Source of the DNA: an uncultured Pseudomonadales bacterium
Lineage (GTDB): Bacteria; Patescibacteriota; Microgenomatia; UBA1400; PJMF01
Reading direction: 5' to 3'
Assembly: GCA_964607285.1 (NCBI GenBank)
Contig: CAZSJW010000001.1
Span: 134,716-198,715 of the forward strand
Length of the DNA: 64,000 nucleotides
In this document: piece by piece, positions 17,996-29,162 of the stretch
Position numbering within the stretch: the first letter of the stretch is position 1
Layout: the number at the start of each line of letters is the position of its first letter
Notes under the pieces: generated by a model
What the model saw: only the letters and a program-made list of their open reading frames with translations
The model's database searches: none
What the model was told of the DNA's origin: nothing
Made by a program: the position numbers and the translations under genes

Positions 17996-19291
17996 ATGCA
18001 GATAACAGTTATAGGTACGGGGTTTGTTGGTGTAGTTTCAGCAGCTGTCTATGCTTCATTTGGTAATACTGTATACGGAATAGATATTGATGCTCAGAAA
18101 ATTGAGTCACTTCGTGCTAGCACTGTGCCATTTTATGAACCAGGCCTGCAAGAGTTATTACTTGAACAGCAAAAATCGGGTAATTTATCATTTACCACAA
18201 AGTATGAAGAGGCAGTACCTGCTTCTGAAGTCATTATCATTGCGGTTGGTACCCCATCTGCTGCTGATGGTGGCGCAGACTTGAAGTTTGTGTTGTCCGC
18301 AGCGCAATCAGCTGCAGAGCACTTACAAGAGAACGCAATTGTAGTGATTAAGTCGACTGTTCCCCCTGGCACACTACAAATAGTCGCTGCAGAACTTGCA
18401 AAGCACACACAAAAGAAATTCTTCATTGCTTCTTTGCCTGAGTTTTTACGTGAAGGGACAGCAGTTCACGATACGCTTCATCCAGATAGAATAGTGATCG
18501 GTACAGATGCACCTGAAGTTGCCGAAAAGCTATCAGAACTTCACAAGCAGCTAGCTGCACCAATTGTCATAACTAAACCCCAGTCTGCACAAATGGCAAA
18601 GTACGCTGCAAATGCTTACTTGGCATTACGTATCACCTTTATTAACCAGATAGCTGATTTATGCGAAAAAAATGGCGCAGATGTTGAGGAAGTTGTATCC
18701 GCTATTGGGTATGATAAAAGGATTGGCTCACATTACTGGTATCCAGGTCTTGGGTACGGTGGGTCATGTTTCCCTAAAGATGTGAAAGAACTCGCGCACT
18801 ACTCCAAACAGGTTGGTGAAAATGATAACTTGTTCATTAAGGTCAATGAACTGAACACAGATAGAATTCCCAGGTTGATGGACAGTTTTGGCAAAGAAGT
18901 TGGTGGATGGGAAGGAAAACAAGTTGCAGTCCTTGGTCTATCATTCAAGCCAAATACTGATGATATGAGGGAAGCACCTAGTCTTTCAGTTGTTCCAGCG
19001 CTACTGGCTGCGGGTGCAGTTGTTCGTGCCACAGATCCTAAAGCAATCGATGTAGCACGAGCTCAACTTCCTCCGTCGGATAGGCTCACTTTCTTGCAAA
19101 CTGTTTCAGAAGCGTGTATGGGAGCTGATGTGATCTTGCTTTTGATCGAGTGGCCCGAATATGTGACGCATGAGTATGGTAAGTATCGTTCAAACACAAC
19201 ACAGTGGTTTATTGACACAAGAAATCAGCTAGATCCAAAGGTTGTCACTGAGTGGGGTTACACCCACCGTGGAATAGGCAGAGGTGCATGA
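17996..19291 (+). CDS. ugd: UDP-glucose/GDP-mannose 6-dehydrogenase
   Basis: GTGFVG, KSTVPPGT, PEFLREG, GYGGSCFPKD and FKPNTDDMRE. Confidence 0.95.
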   Translation: MQITVIGTGFVGVVSAAVYASFGNTVYGIDIDAQKIESLRASTVPFYEPGLQELLLEQQKSGNLSFTTKYEEAVPASEVIIIAVGTPSAADGGADLKFVLSAAQSAAEHLQENAIVVIKSTVPPGTLQIVAAELAKHTQKKFFIASLPEFLREGTAVHDTLHPDRIVIGTDAPEVAEKLSELHKQLAAPIVITKPQSAQMAKYAANAYLALRITFINQIADLCEKNGADVEEVVSAIGYDKRIGSHYWYPGLGYGGSCFPKDVKELAHYSKQVGENDNLFIKVNELNTDRIPRLMDSFGKEVGGWEGKQVAVLGLSFKPNTDDMREAPSLSVVPALLAAGAVVRATDPKAIDVARAQLPPSDRLTFLQTVSEACMGADVILLLIEWPEYVTHEYGKYRSNTTQWFIDTRNQLDPKVVTEWGYTHRGIGRGA

Positions 19292-20219
19292 GGTCATACT
19301 AATAACGGGTGGCACTGGGTTTGTGGGCACACACCTGATGCAGTTACTCGCCAAAAGGCAGAATGAGATTCACGTGACATCACTAAGTGGTGAGTCAGTT
19401 TCTGTCGGAGAAGTACAAGTACATCAAATTGATCTTTGTGACTCAGAAGCTACTAGAAGTTTGTTTGCCAAAATACAGCCAACTCAGGTGTATCACTTGG
19501 CATCTCTGGCTGCAGTTGGTTCGAGTTTTGGGCAGGCTGAAACCGTTCTTTCACAAAACACGAAGCTGCAGCTGTCTGTACTGGATGCGGTAGTAGCAGA
19601 GGCGAAGGAAGCACGGTTCCTTCACGTCAGTTCTGCAGAAGTATATGGTACAAGCTTGCCTGATGAATTGCCTATAACAGAACAGCATCCGTTTAGACCA
19701 TCAAACCCCTATGGTGTGTCTAAAGCCACTCAGGATTTATTGACAGGGTGCTATGCACAGATGTATGGTGTACAAGCGATTCGAGTTCGGCCGTTTAATC
19801 ATATCGGTGCAGGACAAAGTGCTGCATTTGCAGTACCAGCATTTGCTAAACAGTTAGTTGCTATTGAACGTGGAGCAGAACCAGTTTTGCAGGTGGGCAA
19901 TTTGCATGCTATTCGTGACTTTACTGATGTGGAAGATATTACTCGTGCATATGAGTTGCTCATGCAGGTAGGCGTACCTGGGGAGGTATACAATCTTGGT
20001 TCAGGCACAGGATATAGTATGCAAGATGTTTTAAACCAAATGATTGAAGTACTAGACATACCATTAGATATGCAAGTTGATCCAAAAAGACTGAGACCAC
20101 TTGATATTCCAGTCATGGTAGCAAATAATGCTAGGATGAGGGAACTGGGTTGGGAGCCAACTATTTCACTTTCAGAGTCACTTAGGCGTATTATTGAGTA
20201 TTGGAGATCACGACCATGA
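19284..20219 (+). CDS. rmd: GDP-4-keto-6-deoxy-D-mannose reductase-like SDR (Rmd-like)
   Basis: [27 protein letters not shown] and RDFTDV; translationally coupled to gmd. Confidence 0.75.
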   Translation: MHEVILITGGTGFVGTHLMQLLAKRQNEIHVTSLSGESVSVGEVQVHQIDLCDSEATRSLFAKIQPTQVYHLASLAAVGSSFGQAETVLSQNTKLQLSVLDAVVAEAKEARFLHVSSAEVYGTSLPDELPITEQHPFRPSNPYGVSKATQDLLTGCYAQMYGVQAIRVRPFNHIGAGQSAAFAVPAFAKQLVAIERGAEPVLQVGNLHAIRDFTDVEDITRAYELLMQVGVPGEVYNLGSGTGYSMQDVLNQMIEVLDIPLDMQVDPKRLRPLDIPVMVANNARMRELGWEPTISLSESLRRIIEYWRSRP

Positions 20220-21193
20220 AAAAAGCATTTATAACAGGCATTACTGGACAAGATGGTTCATACCTGGCTGAGTTGTTGCTCGAGAAAGGCTATCAGGTGT
20301 TTGGTTTGACTCGTAGAACCAGCACTCAGAACTACGCCCGCATCGAGCACATTATGCGTGACCCAAACCTTGAGCTCATTTCAGGTGATCTGATTGATCA
20401 GCATTCAATTACTTTTGCTATACAGGACATACAGCCTGACGAGGTCTATAACCTTGCAGCACAGTCGTTCGTGCAAGCCAGCTGGGATCAACCAGTACTG
20501 ACTGGCGAGTTCACAGCTCTTGGTGTAGTTCGTGTCCTCGAGGCACTTAGACTTGCTTGCCCTGATGCAAAGTTTTATCAGGCTAGTTCAAGTGAGATGT
20601 TTGGCAAAGTTCAGGAAGTGCCACAAACCGAGCAGACCCCATTTTACCCAAGGTCTCCTTACGGTGTTGCTAAAGTGTATGGACACTGGATAACAGTGAA
20701 TTATAGGGAGTCTTTTGATATGTTTGCAGTTTCAGGCATACTGTTTAATCATGAATCTCCTAGACGAGGACTTGAGTTTGTGACTAGAAAAATTGCGAAT
20801 GCTGTTGCTCGGGTTAAGCTCAAAAAACAATCACACGTAGAACTGGGGAACCTCGATGCAAAACGAGACTGGGGGTATGCAAAAGATTATGTTGAAGCTA
20901 TGTGGATGATGTTGCAGCAAGATACTCCAGAGGACTTTGTAATTGCTACTGGGGAGACACACTCAGTAAAGGAATTTTTGCAACTGGCATGTGCTGCTGC
21001 TGGAATTCCTGATTGGGAGGCAATCTATAAGCATAATCCAAAGTATGATCGTCCTGCAGAAGTAGATTTACTGATAGGTGATCCCAGCAAAGCTAAGAAG
21101 ATGTTAGGTTGGCAGCCAACGGTGTCTTTCCAAGATCTAGTTACTCTAATGGTACAAGCCGAGCTTGAGTTAGAAAGCCAATCAGTCTCATGA
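20216..21193 (+). CDS. gmd: GDP-mannose 4,6-dehydratase
   Basis: [41 protein letters not shown] and RDWG. Confidence 0.97.
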   Translation: MKKAFITGITGQDGSYLAELLLEKGYQVFGLTRRTSTQNYARIEHIMRDPNLELISGDLIDQHSITFAIQDIQPDEVYNLAAQSFVQASWDQPVLTGEFTALGVVRVLEALRLACPDAKFYQASSSEMFGKVQEVPQTEQTPFYPRSPYGVAKVYGHWITVNYRESFDMFAVSGILFNHESPRRGLEFVTRKIANAVARVKLKKQSHVELGNLDAKRDWGYAKDYVEAMWMMLQQDTPEDFVIATGETHSVKEFLQLACAAAGIPDWEAIYKHNPKYDRPAEVDLLIGDPSKAKKMLGWQPTVSFQDLVTLMVQAELELESQSVS

Positions 21194-22368
21194 GTTCCCA
21201 AAAAAAAGCAATCATTATCATCCCAACCTTCAACGAGCGGGAAAACATTGGAAAAGTAATTCCACTACTTTTGGAAGAACGAGAACATGTAGCTAAGGAT
21301 TGGAATCTACAGGTACTAGTTGTTGACGACACTTCGCCAGATAAGACTTATGAAGTGGTTGAGGAATTGACTAAGAAATATAAGGGAGTACTGCACTTGT
21401 TAGTGAATCCAAAAAAATCAGGTTTGGGTGGTGCGTATCTTAAGGGTATGGCAATGGCATTTGATGAATTGGGTGCAGACGCTGTTTTTGAGTTTGATGC
21501 TGATTTATCCCATGATCCAACAAAAATTCCACTATTTTTGCAGGCTTTGGATCAAGGTGCTGATATGGTACTTGGTTCTCGATACATACCAGGTGGATCT
21601 ATTCCTCAAGATTGGGGATTACACCGAAAGTTTCTAAGTGTGGTAGGGAACATCGTGATTGCAATTGTTTTTACTAACTTTTCTGTTCGTGACTGGACAA
21701 GCGGGTATCGTGCTATCACTAAGGAAGTGTACGATGCTGTGCACCCAGAGTTGCATTCTGAAAGATTCTCTGGGTATACTTTCCAAATTGGTTTCTTACA
21801 TACTGCCATCAGAAAAGGTTTTAAGGTTTTTGAAGTTCCGTTTCATTTTATTGATCGAACTATAGGTACTTCAAAAATCGGACCAGAGTATATAAAAAAC
21901 AATCTTATGTATATTTTTAAAGTACGGGCAAAAGAGATATATCAGCACCGTGTTTTTCGATTTGCCTTTGTGGGCGGAATTGGTGCCGTAATCCAGTTGT
22001 TGTCATTGGCACTGTATAGAATGATATTGCCAGATTTTGCAGTTTCTGTCCTGACAAGCTTTATGCTGGCTACATTTCTGAGTATTGAGACAGCAATAGT
22101 ATCAAATTTCTTGATCAACAATGTTTGGACGTTTAGCGATAAGAAGCTTTCAGGTGCAGCACTGCCTTGGAAATTTCTGCAGTTCAACCTGGCTTCGTTT
22201 GGTTCAATTCTGATTCAACTAGTAGTTGCGGCACTCGGAGAGTTACTTATAGGTATTAGACCTCTTTTTATTATTGATACTGGGACTATCTTTGCAGTTG
22301 TAGGAATATTGATCGGGATGTTTTGGAACTTTTTTGCTTATACCCGATTGATATGGAAAACCAAGTAA
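21190..22368 (+). CDS. Polyprenol-phosphate glycosyltransferase (DPM1-like GT2) fused to a GtrA-like domain
   Basis: [28 protein letters not shown] and DWTSGYR; C-terminal 4-TM region with RFAFVG, NNVWTF and WNF...W. Confidence 0.88.
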   Translation: MSSQKKAIIIIPTFNERENIGKVIPLLLEEREHVAKDWNLQVLVVDDTSPDKTYEVVEELTKKYKGVLHLLVNPKKSGLGGAYLKGMAMAFDELGADAVFEFDADLSHDPTKIPLFLQALDQGADMVLGSRYIPGGSIPQDWGLHRKFLSVVGNIVIAIVFTNFSVRDWTSGYRAITKEVYDAVHPELHSERFSGYTFQIGFLHTAIRKGFKVFEVPFHFIDRTIGTSKIGPEYIKNNLMYIFKVRAKEIYQHRVFRFAFVGGIGAVIQLLSLALYRMILPDFAVSVLTSFMLATFLSIETAIVSNFLINNVWTFSDKKLSGAALPWKFLQFNLASFGSILIQLVVAALGELLIGIRPLFIIDTGTIFAVVGILIGMFWNFFAYTRLIWKTK

Positions 22369-22372
22369 GGGT

Positions 22373-23941
22373 ATGCTGTTATTTAGTCACTGGCTCTCAG
22401 AGAGTAAAAAAACAATCAGACTCTGGCGATTTCAAGACTGGGCAGTGCTGATTACGATTCTATTTGGTTCATTTTTTCGTTTATATAATCTTGCTGACTC
22501 TTTGCAGTTTTTAGGCGACCAGGGAAGAGACGCCTTAGTTGTGGCGAGAATTTTTAAAGAGTTTGATCCTGTCTTTATTGGACCTGTAACGTCTGTTGGG
22601 AACATGTACTTGGGTCCATTGTATTACTACTTCATGGTACCTTGGCTTTGGCTCAGCTATCCAAGTCCTCTGGGTCCGCAATATGCTATCGCATTTGTGG
22701 GCATTTTGACAAATTGGTTAGTGTGGGTATTGGGAAAACGGATGGTAGGAAAAGTTCCTGCTGCTATTGCTGCTGCTTTATTTGCGTTTTCGCATGTTGT
22801 TGTAGAGTACACAAGGTTCAGCTGGAATCCTAATCCTATTCCCTTGGTTTCCTTACTAATGATGTACAGTACGTTCCGCGCATACAAAGGCGCGTATTGG
22901 CATTGGGCATTGGTTGGGCTGTACGGAAGTGTGATTTTGCAACTACACTACATGGCTGCTTTGACGGGAATAGCTGCTCTGTTAGTTTGGTTGTACCAGT
23001 TTTGGAAAGCCCGTACTGATCGAAAGGCCGTAAATGAAATGGTGAAGTATGCCGTATTAGCAGGATTTATTTTGGTTTTATCATTCACGCCACTTGCCTT
23101 GTTCGATTATAGAAATGGGTGGATAAATACTAAAGCGTTCAGTGAATTAGTAACTGGCTCTGAGAATTTTGGTGCAGCTGTAGAGTCTGATCAAGTGAGT
23201 GAAATCATACAGACTTTGAAGGAGTCACACGGTCGGAGTATGCACATTTTATTTGAAGTGTTCATTGGGAAGCAGAGAACTCTCAACACTGCACTTGTGG
23301 CATTATACCTATTCATAACTTCAGGAGTACTATTGTCTAAAAAAGGCAGAACTGTGCTCAAAGATGCTCCTGGTTTGCTGATTGTGTTAGTGTGGTTTTT
23401 TATTGGTGTGTTTGGAACAAGTGTGTATAAACATACGGTCTTTGATCACTACATAGGATTTGAGTACCCAGTTGCAGCACTGCTCTCAGGTTTTGTCTTG
23501 TACCAGCTAGTTAAGCTGCATAGAGTTATGGTTGCTTTAGTGTTGGCTGGGCTTTGTATGTTTGTTGTTTACAATGTTCCAAAGATGCCACTGAATAGTG
23601 CAGGATGGTCAATATATGATATGGAGCATGTCTCAATGGCAATTGCTGACAAAGTTGCTTTAGGTGAAAAATACAACATCGTGCTTTTCTCACACTCAAA
23701 AGATTTGTATGGCATGAACTATAGATATTATTTGGAGACTACAAAAAAGCAGCCAGTTAGAGAGCAGAACTGGACAGAAGCCGATACTCTTTTTGTCATT
23801 GATGAGGAACGAACTGGTCGTGATGTGTTATCAGCCCCTGTCCACGAAATTGTGACATTTCCTAGCAAACAGCCTGTAGATATGTTTGAGATTGATGGAG
23901 TACAAGTTTGGGTTTTGCGCGCACCAAAAACTCAAGATTAA
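22373..23941 (+). CDS. GT-C fold membrane glycosyltransferase (PMT/ArnT-like)
   Basis: R-L-Y-N-L...GDQGRD, GPLYYY and SWNPN; multiple TM segments. Confidence 0.8.
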   Translation: MLLFSHWLSESKKTIRLWRFQDWAVLITILFGSFFRLYNLADSLQFLGDQGRDALVVARIFKEFDPVFIGPVTSVGNMYLGPLYYYFMVPWLWLSYPSPLGPQYAIAFVGILTNWLVWVLGKRMVGKVPAAIAAALFAFSHVVVEYTRFSWNPNPIPLVSLLMMYSTFRAYKGAYWHWALVGLYGSVILQLHYMAALTGIAALLVWLYQFWKARTDRKAVNEMVKYAVLAGFILVLSFTPLALFDYRNGWINTKAFSELVTGSENFGAAVESDQVSEIIQTLKESHGRSMHILFEVFIGKQRTLNTALVALYLFITSGVLLSKKGRTVLKDAPGLLIVLVWFFIGVFGTSVYKHTVFDHYIGFEYPVAALLSGFVLYQLVKLHRVMVALVLAGLCMFVVYNVPKMPLNSAGWSIYDMEHVSMAIADKVALGEKYNIVLFSHSKDLYGMNYRYYLETTKKQPVREQNWTEADTLFVIDEERTGRDVLSAPVHEIVTFPSKQPVDMFEIDGVQVWVLRAPKTQD

Positions 23942-23960
23942 TTTGGTGTATGATACTGTT

Positions 23961-24716
23961 ATGCAACCATTTCTCTCTGTAGTAATACCTTCTTACAACG
24001 AATCAAAAAACATGGAGTCAGGTGCCCTGAATGAAGTTGTAGAGTATTTGGCAAAACAAAAGTACAGTTGGGAGCTGATATTGAGTGATGATGGATCTAC
24101 TGATGGTACGCTGGTGCTCCTGCAGCAATTTTCACAAAAACATGCCCATATAAAGGTACTGCATAACAAGCACGCAGGGAAAGCGCCAACTGTTCGTAGT
24201 GGCATGTTGCTGGCTAAGGGTAAGTGGCGATTATTCACTGACTTTGATCAATCCACGCCAATTTCTGAAGTTGAAAAGCTGTTTGAGGGAACTAAAGAGG
24301 GATATGACGTTATTATTGGATCTCGAGAGATGGTGGGGGCATTGCGGGATGCCGAGCCGTGGTATAGAAGGTTAATGGGCAGAGGTTTCAATATTCTTGT
24401 ACAAATAATTGCGGTACCAGGAATTCTTGATACACAATGTGGGTTCAAGTTGTTCTCACAAGAGGCCACGGAAACGCTGTTTAATCACTTGGTGGTGTAT
24501 GGAACTGATTCAGAGAGATCAGATGCATTTACAGGTGCTTTTGATGTCGAACTGCTTTTTTTGGCAATTAGACATGGTTTTAAGATCAAGGAAGTGCCAA
24601 TTCTTTGGAAGCATGCGGAGTCAAACAGAGTGAGTCCAATTAAGGACTCACTACGGATGTTTAGAGATATCCTGAGAATTCGTTTTGCTGCTACTCGAGG
24701 AGAGTACCATGGATAA
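23961..24716 (+). CDS. Dolichyl/polyprenyl-phosphate glucosyltransferase-like GT2 (Alg5-like)
   Basis: SVVIPSYNE, DDGSTDGT, DFDQS, GSRE, DTQCGFKLF and FDVELL. Confidence 0.88.
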   Translation: MQPFLSVVIPSYNESKNMESGALNEVVEYLAKQKYSWELILSDDGSTDGTLVLLQQFSQKHAHIKVLHNKHAGKAPTVRSGMLLAKGKWRLFTDFDQSTPISEVEKLFEGTKEGYDVIIGSREMVGALRDAEPWYRRLMGRGFNILVQIIAVPGILDTQCGFKLFSQEATETLFNHLVVYGTDSERSDAFTGAFDVELLFLAIRHGFKIKEVPILWKHAESNRVSPIKDSLRMFRDILRIRFAATRGEYHG

Positions 24717-26010
24717 ACTGCAGCTAAGGATTCTTTGGTTGCTGCTGAGTGTACTGTTTGTTTTGTATAGTTTTTACGCAGTGTGGAGTTATAGTCTTAC
24801 CGATCCTAATTTAGTTTTTACTAGCTGGCAACCGTACTGGCAGGCACAGCAGTGGTTGTGGCAGTCCATATATGCAAATGCTCAATTGCAATCGGCTTTG
24901 TATGTAGTCTTGCTGTTAGGAATATGGGTAGTCTATGGATTAATTGTGCACCAGCTGGCATCTCATTTTCGCAGTGTGCTCATGCAACCCAAGCATTGGT
25001 TAGTAATTTTGGCTGTTGCAACTCCCTTGGTCATATCCTACAACGCTCTTTCACATGATATTTTTAATTACATCTTTAATGCCCGCATGATTATCCAGTA
25101 TGGTGCTGATCCACATGTACAGACTGCGCTCAAGTTTGTTTCTGATCCATGGGTACGGTTTATGCATAACACGCACACAGTTGCTCCGTATGGGTATGGC
25201 TGGACAGCAATAACTATTATTCCCTACTTGCTTGGGTTTGGTAAGTTCACAGTAACTTGGATTCTGTTCAAACTTTCTGCGGCACTCAGTTTACTCTTGT
25301 TAGCTGCAAGTACGAATTGGCTCTCAGTTCAGGTTCGTAAGCAACCACTAAGTTGGCCAGAAGTTGGTTTGCTTTTTCTGAATCCATTACTTTTGATTGA
25401 AGTGCTAGGTAATGCGCATAATGATCTGTGGATGATGGCCCCTGCACTAGTAGCAGTGGGAATAGCACTGCGTTTTGGGACAAAGAAACTTGGTTGGTTA
25501 TTTGGACTAATTTTGACTTCAGTGAGTGTCAAGTACGCTACTTTGGTACTTCTTCCAGCGTTTATTCTTATCTTATATGCAGAGAACATTTGGGAGAGAC
25601 TTCGTAGTAGATTACTGCTTCGCTTACCAATGCAGCTGCTTGTTCCACTTATCGAAAGATTGATCGGTGATAGGGTACGCAAAAATATTGTGGGAATAAC
25701 TGCAACTGCTGCTGCAATTTTACTTTTGTTGCCACTGCTCACGAGTAGATCTCAGCAATTTCATCCTTGGTACTTACTTTGGAGTTTGGTTTGGTTACCA
25801 TTTATTTCAGTGCGATTTGTAAAAGTTTTATTAGTTTCTTTCAGTATTAGTTCTTTGTTTAGGTACGTGCCTTGGATATATACTGGTGGTTTTGCGGGTG
25901 AAACAGTATCGCAACAACAGCTTGTCACTTTGGTAGGAGGAATGGTTGGAATGTTGCTTTGGTTTGCTTGGAGTAGTGTACGAATGAGGAGTAAGAGGTC
26001 AATTATTTAG
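24709..26010 (+). CDS. Polyprenol-phosphomannose-dependent mannosyltransferase-like GT-C (MptA/MptB-like)
   Basis: LSHDIFNY, APYG, NPL...GNAHND, SVKY and HPWY motifs; polytopic. Confidence 0.75.
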   Translation: MDKLQLRILWLLLSVLFVLYSFYAVWSYSLTDPNLVFTSWQPYWQAQQWLWQSIYANAQLQSALYVVLLLGIWVVYGLIVHQLASHFRSVLMQPKHWLVILAVATPLVISYNALSHDIFNYIFNARMIIQYGADPHVQTALKFVSDPWVRFMHNTHTVAPYGYGWTAITIIPYLLGFGKFTVTWILFKLSAALSLLLLAASTNWLSVQVRKQPLSWPEVGLLFLNPLLLIEVLGNAHNDLWMMAPALVAVGIALRFGTKKLGWLFGLILTSVSVKYATLVLLPAFILILYAENIWERLRSRLLLRLPMQLLVPLIERLIGDRVRKNIVGITATAAAILLLLPLLTSRSQQFHPWYLLWSLVWLPFISVRFVKVLLVSFSISSLFRYVPWIYTGGFAGETVSQQQLVTLVGGMVGMLLWFAWSSVRMRSKRSII

Positions 26011-26014
26011 CAGT

Positions 26015-27580
26015 ATGAAAAAAATGCAGGTATTTGTACTACTATTTCTTCTTGGGTATGCTGCCACGCATTTGTATGGTTTGACAGCATTGCCGATTTT
26101 TGCAGATGAGGCAATATACATCCGATGGTCACAGTTGATTATTGATGATTGGCAACAGTATGTATTCTTTCCACTAAATGATGGTAAAACACCATTGCTT
26201 ATGTGGTTACAGGTGCCTTTTCTATTGGTAATTCGAGATCAACTACTGGCAGCTAGGTTATTGTCAGTACTAGTTGGTTTGTTGCAGGCAGGCGTTCTTT
26301 TTGCCTTTACTAGAAGAATTGGTGGTGGACGAATAGCTGCTGCACTTAGCGCAGTGCAAGTTGCTATTTTGCCGTACTGGTATTTTCATCATCGCATGGC
26401 ATTGATAGATGGACTTCTCACCTTGTTGGTCTCAGTTGTGGTGTGGCTTACTTGGGAAGCATTTATAAGAGTTTATATAGTTACTCCAAGCTCGCTTAGT
26501 TGGCACCAGCTGAAAAAGCTCTCCAAAGACAAATTGTTTTTGTTCACTACACTTGCTGCTGGTTTAAGTTTTGCTGCTGCATTGTTGACTAAATTACCGG
26601 CTGTGTTGCTAATTCCATCTCTGCTTTTATTTGCGGTTATTTCGGGAAAGAGTACTGTAGAGAAACTAGTGCAACTCGGAACGATAGTGGCCATTACGGT
26701 TCTTGGGTATGGCGTCTTCCTCACTCAAGCGCTGCACCCCGCTTTTCCACAGCTATTTTCTAGGGGTGGTGACTTTCTCTTTCCCATTTCACAGTTTTTG
26801 TCTGGTGGCGTTCTTCAGCAGACTCTTCCGAGTGTGCCAAACTACGTCTCGTACTTTGTTCAGTATGCTACGGCACCATTCTTGATTTTTCTAGCACTTG
26901 GTCTGTTCTATGGAAAACACAAACGGTGGGTGCACACCCTATTTTGGTTGGGTGTTGTATTTTTAGCACCGATGCTAGTGTTGGGAAAAGTGGTCTACCC
27001 CAGGTATTTGCTACCTGCAATGCTCTTTTTTACACCTGCCGTAAGTTTAGCGATAGAAGGCAGTATAGTTGTGCTTAGAAAGAAAGCGTTGCAGCCTGTC
27101 ACCATCTTTTTTGTTGTTTCAGTTGTTTTACTCTGTGCGAACATTGCAAACCTTTCAGCACAGTTTATGCTGCCTGCACTGTTTCAGCCAAACCAAATAC
27201 CGTTTGTTTCTTCTGATAAAGAACAATACTTACTTGAATGGTCATCTGGACATGGCATACTGGAAACTGTAGAGCTTGTTGCTTCAGCTGCACAGAGTAA
27301 ACGTATTGCAGTAGCCACAGAGGGTTACTTTGGTACGCTGCCAGATGCTCTACTAGTCTACTTTTTCACGAGGTCAGTAGAGAACATTTCAATTGACGGC
27401 ATTGGTCAGCCTGTACAAGAAATTCCTCAAGAGTTTTTACAAAAAAGCCAGTCTGCAGATGAACGCTGGCTGGTGGTAAACAGTCATCGATTGCAACTGG
27501 CCAATCCAGGTACCCTCTTGGCTGAGTACTGCAGACCATTCGGTGCTCCTTGTTTGCAAGTATGGCGACTCAATGAGTAA
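26015..27580 (+). CDS. GT-C fold membrane glycosyltransferase (GT39/83-like)
   Basis: FADEAIY, KTPL, RMALID and PRY; multiple TM segments. Confidence 0.8.
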   Translation: MKKMQVFVLLFLLGYAATHLYGLTALPIFADEAIYIRWSQLIIDDWQQYVFFPLNDGKTPLLMWLQVPFLLVIRDQLLAARLLSVLVGLLQAGVLFAFTRRIGGGRIAAALSAVQVAILPYWYFHHRMALIDGLLTLLVSVVVWLTWEAFIRVYIVTPSSLSWHQLKKLSKDKLFLFTTLAAGLSFAAALLTKLPAVLLIPSLLLFAVISGKSTVEKLVQLGTIVAITVLGYGVFLTQALHPAFPQLFSRGGDFLFPISQFLSGGVLQQTLPSVPNYVSYFVQYATAPFLIFLALGLFYGKHKRWVHTLFWLGVVFLAPMLVLGKVVYPRYLLPAMLFFTPAVSLAIEGSIVVLRKKALQPVTIFFVVSVVLLCANIANLSAQFMLPALFQPNQIPFVSSDKEQYLLEWSSGHGILETVELVASAAQSKRIAVATEGYFGTLPDALLVYFFTRSVENISIDGIGQPVQEIPQEFLQKSQSADERWLVVNSHRLQLANPGTLLAEYCRPFGAPCLQVWRLNE

Positions 27581-27628
27581 TGATGACACATTTCACCGTT
27601 ACTTTTTACTCTATACAATGCAGCTGTT

Positions 27629-28366
27629 GTGCAAAGAATTGTGTTGATTATACTGCACCTGCCCATATTTCAGTCGCTTCGAGTGCTTTTGGGTTTTAGT
27701 GTTCAAGAGTTAGTGTGGTTACCTAGCTACACTTTGATGAGAGGTGAGTTCTTTCGGCATGCCATGAGTACTCCAATAACAGTTTTAGCTGGTTGCATTG
27801 ACGCCTCGATTCAGAGTACACCTCAAAACAAATCAACACTTTTGCAGGCAAGGGAAGTGTGCAGATCTGTGGAACGGCTGGTAAAAAAACTGACAGTGCC
27901 AGCAGAGCAAGATGAAGCATTTGAGGTACATTCAGCAACCAAAGAATGCATCCGTGTCTGCAAAGTACTGCACCCAGAAGCAATTATAACTTTACAGTCC
28001 GCACACTCCACCGCTCTGACTCTGAGTGGTAGCGCAATTCATTGGCAAGAGGCACTAAGTTGTGCCATTACTAATGCGTTAGAAGCATATGGGTATACTG
28101 CAACATTTCGGCCTGTCACAGTGCTTGTGTATCAGGATGCTGAAACACTGCGTCTTGAAATTATTGATTGTGCCTCAGGTATGTCAGCACTGAGGAGAAT
28201 GATAGTAAGACTTCCTGGAATTACGGCAAAACGAGCTGGCTCTGGTTTGGGTTTACCATTCGTACAGTATGTGGTCTGTGATTTGTTTAGTGGATTAGTA
28301 GAAATAGAGAGTAGCCCAGGGCGGGGGACAAGAATGAGGTGGGTTATCCCAATTATTGATCAGTGA
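27629..28366 (+). CDS. Sensor-less histidine kinase-like protein (HisKA + HATPase_c, degenerate)
   Basis: RHAMSTP H-box, NALEA N-box, DCASGM G1, GSGLGL G2 and GRGT. Confidence 0.75.
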   Translation: MQRIVLIILHLPIFQSLRVLLGFSVQELVWLPSYTLMRGEFFRHAMSTPITVLAGCIDASIQSTPQNKSTLLQAREVCRSVERLVKKLTVPAEQDEAFEVHSATKECIRVCKVLHPEAIITLQSAHSTALTLSGSAIHWQEALSCAITNALEAYGYTATFRPVTVLVYQDAETLRLEIIDCASGMSALRRMIVRLPGITAKRAGSGLGLPFVQYVVCDLFSGLVEIESSPGRGTRMRWVIPIIDQ

Positions 28367-29024
28367 TGCTATACCCAAAGCCACGAGATGTTTTGATTAA
28401 ACCTGAATGTGCACCAAGTTTACTCCTGATTCGGCGAATGTAAACATCAAGGGTACTTGTGGTAGGCTGATCAGATTGGCCTTGCCAGACGTAATTTATA
28501 ATATTCGTACGAGAGATAACTTGATTCTTGTGACGGCAGAGACACTGCAGTATTGCAGCTTCCATTTTTCTGAGTTTTATAGCTGTGTGTTCGTATACTA
28601 TCGTGCCGCTTTCTGGAAAGTATCGAATTGGACCACAGACAGTACTTTCTTGCTCCAGTACCTTTTCGCTGTATAAAAGACGTTTTATTTTGAGTTCAAG
28701 CTCTTTTAATGAAAATGGCTTTGGTAGATAATCGTCAATACCTACAGATAGTCCTTGGATACGGTCAGGAGTTGTCCCGAGAGTGCTAATACAGAGTGTG
28801 CGCATGGTAAAAAAGGCTTCATGAACATATGTAGCTAATTCAAGACCGTCACCGTCAGGTAAGAGCCGATCAAGTATGATGAGATCGGGCCTTTTTCTCT
28901 CAAGAAGTAAGTAGCCATCAGTTAGTGAAGTTGCTAGATAACAGTTGCACTTAAGGGATTTCACCAGTTGCTCTAGCTGATGCAGTAACTGTTTGTCATT
29001 TTCAAGTATTAATATTGATTTCAT
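28353..29024 (-). CDS. OmpR/PhoB-family response regulator
   Basis: LIILDRLLPDGDG, DDYLPKPF, LDVYIRRIRSKL and RGFGY. Confidence 0.93.
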   Translation of the reverse strand: MKSILILENDKQLLHQLEQLVKSLKCNCYLATSLTDGYLLLERKRPDLIILDRLLPDGDGLELATYVHEAFFTMRTLCISTLGTTPDRIQGLSVGIDDYLPKPFSLKELELKIKRLLYSEKVLEQESTVCGPIRYFPESGTIVYEHTAIKLRKMEAAILQCLCRHKNQVISRTNIINYVWQGQSDQPTTSTLDVYIRRIRSKLGAHSGLIKTSRGFGYSITDQ

Positions 29025-29162
29025 TTGAGTAGTATCTACCCTCAAAATCATGAAAACCATGTGTCACTGTGATGTATTGTTTTGTGATTTCTGATTCACT
29101 CTAGCTTGGAAGTGCTCTGATTCATCTAGTAAAAATAAGCCAGATATAGGTATACTCATACT

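Noticed and set aside
27581-29090. Shared TGACACAT upstream of both the kinase and the regulator as an autoregulatory OmpR/PhoB box
   Set aside because: Only a single 8-mer at each site, with no convincing 10-11-bp-spaced direct repeat; too weak to call.
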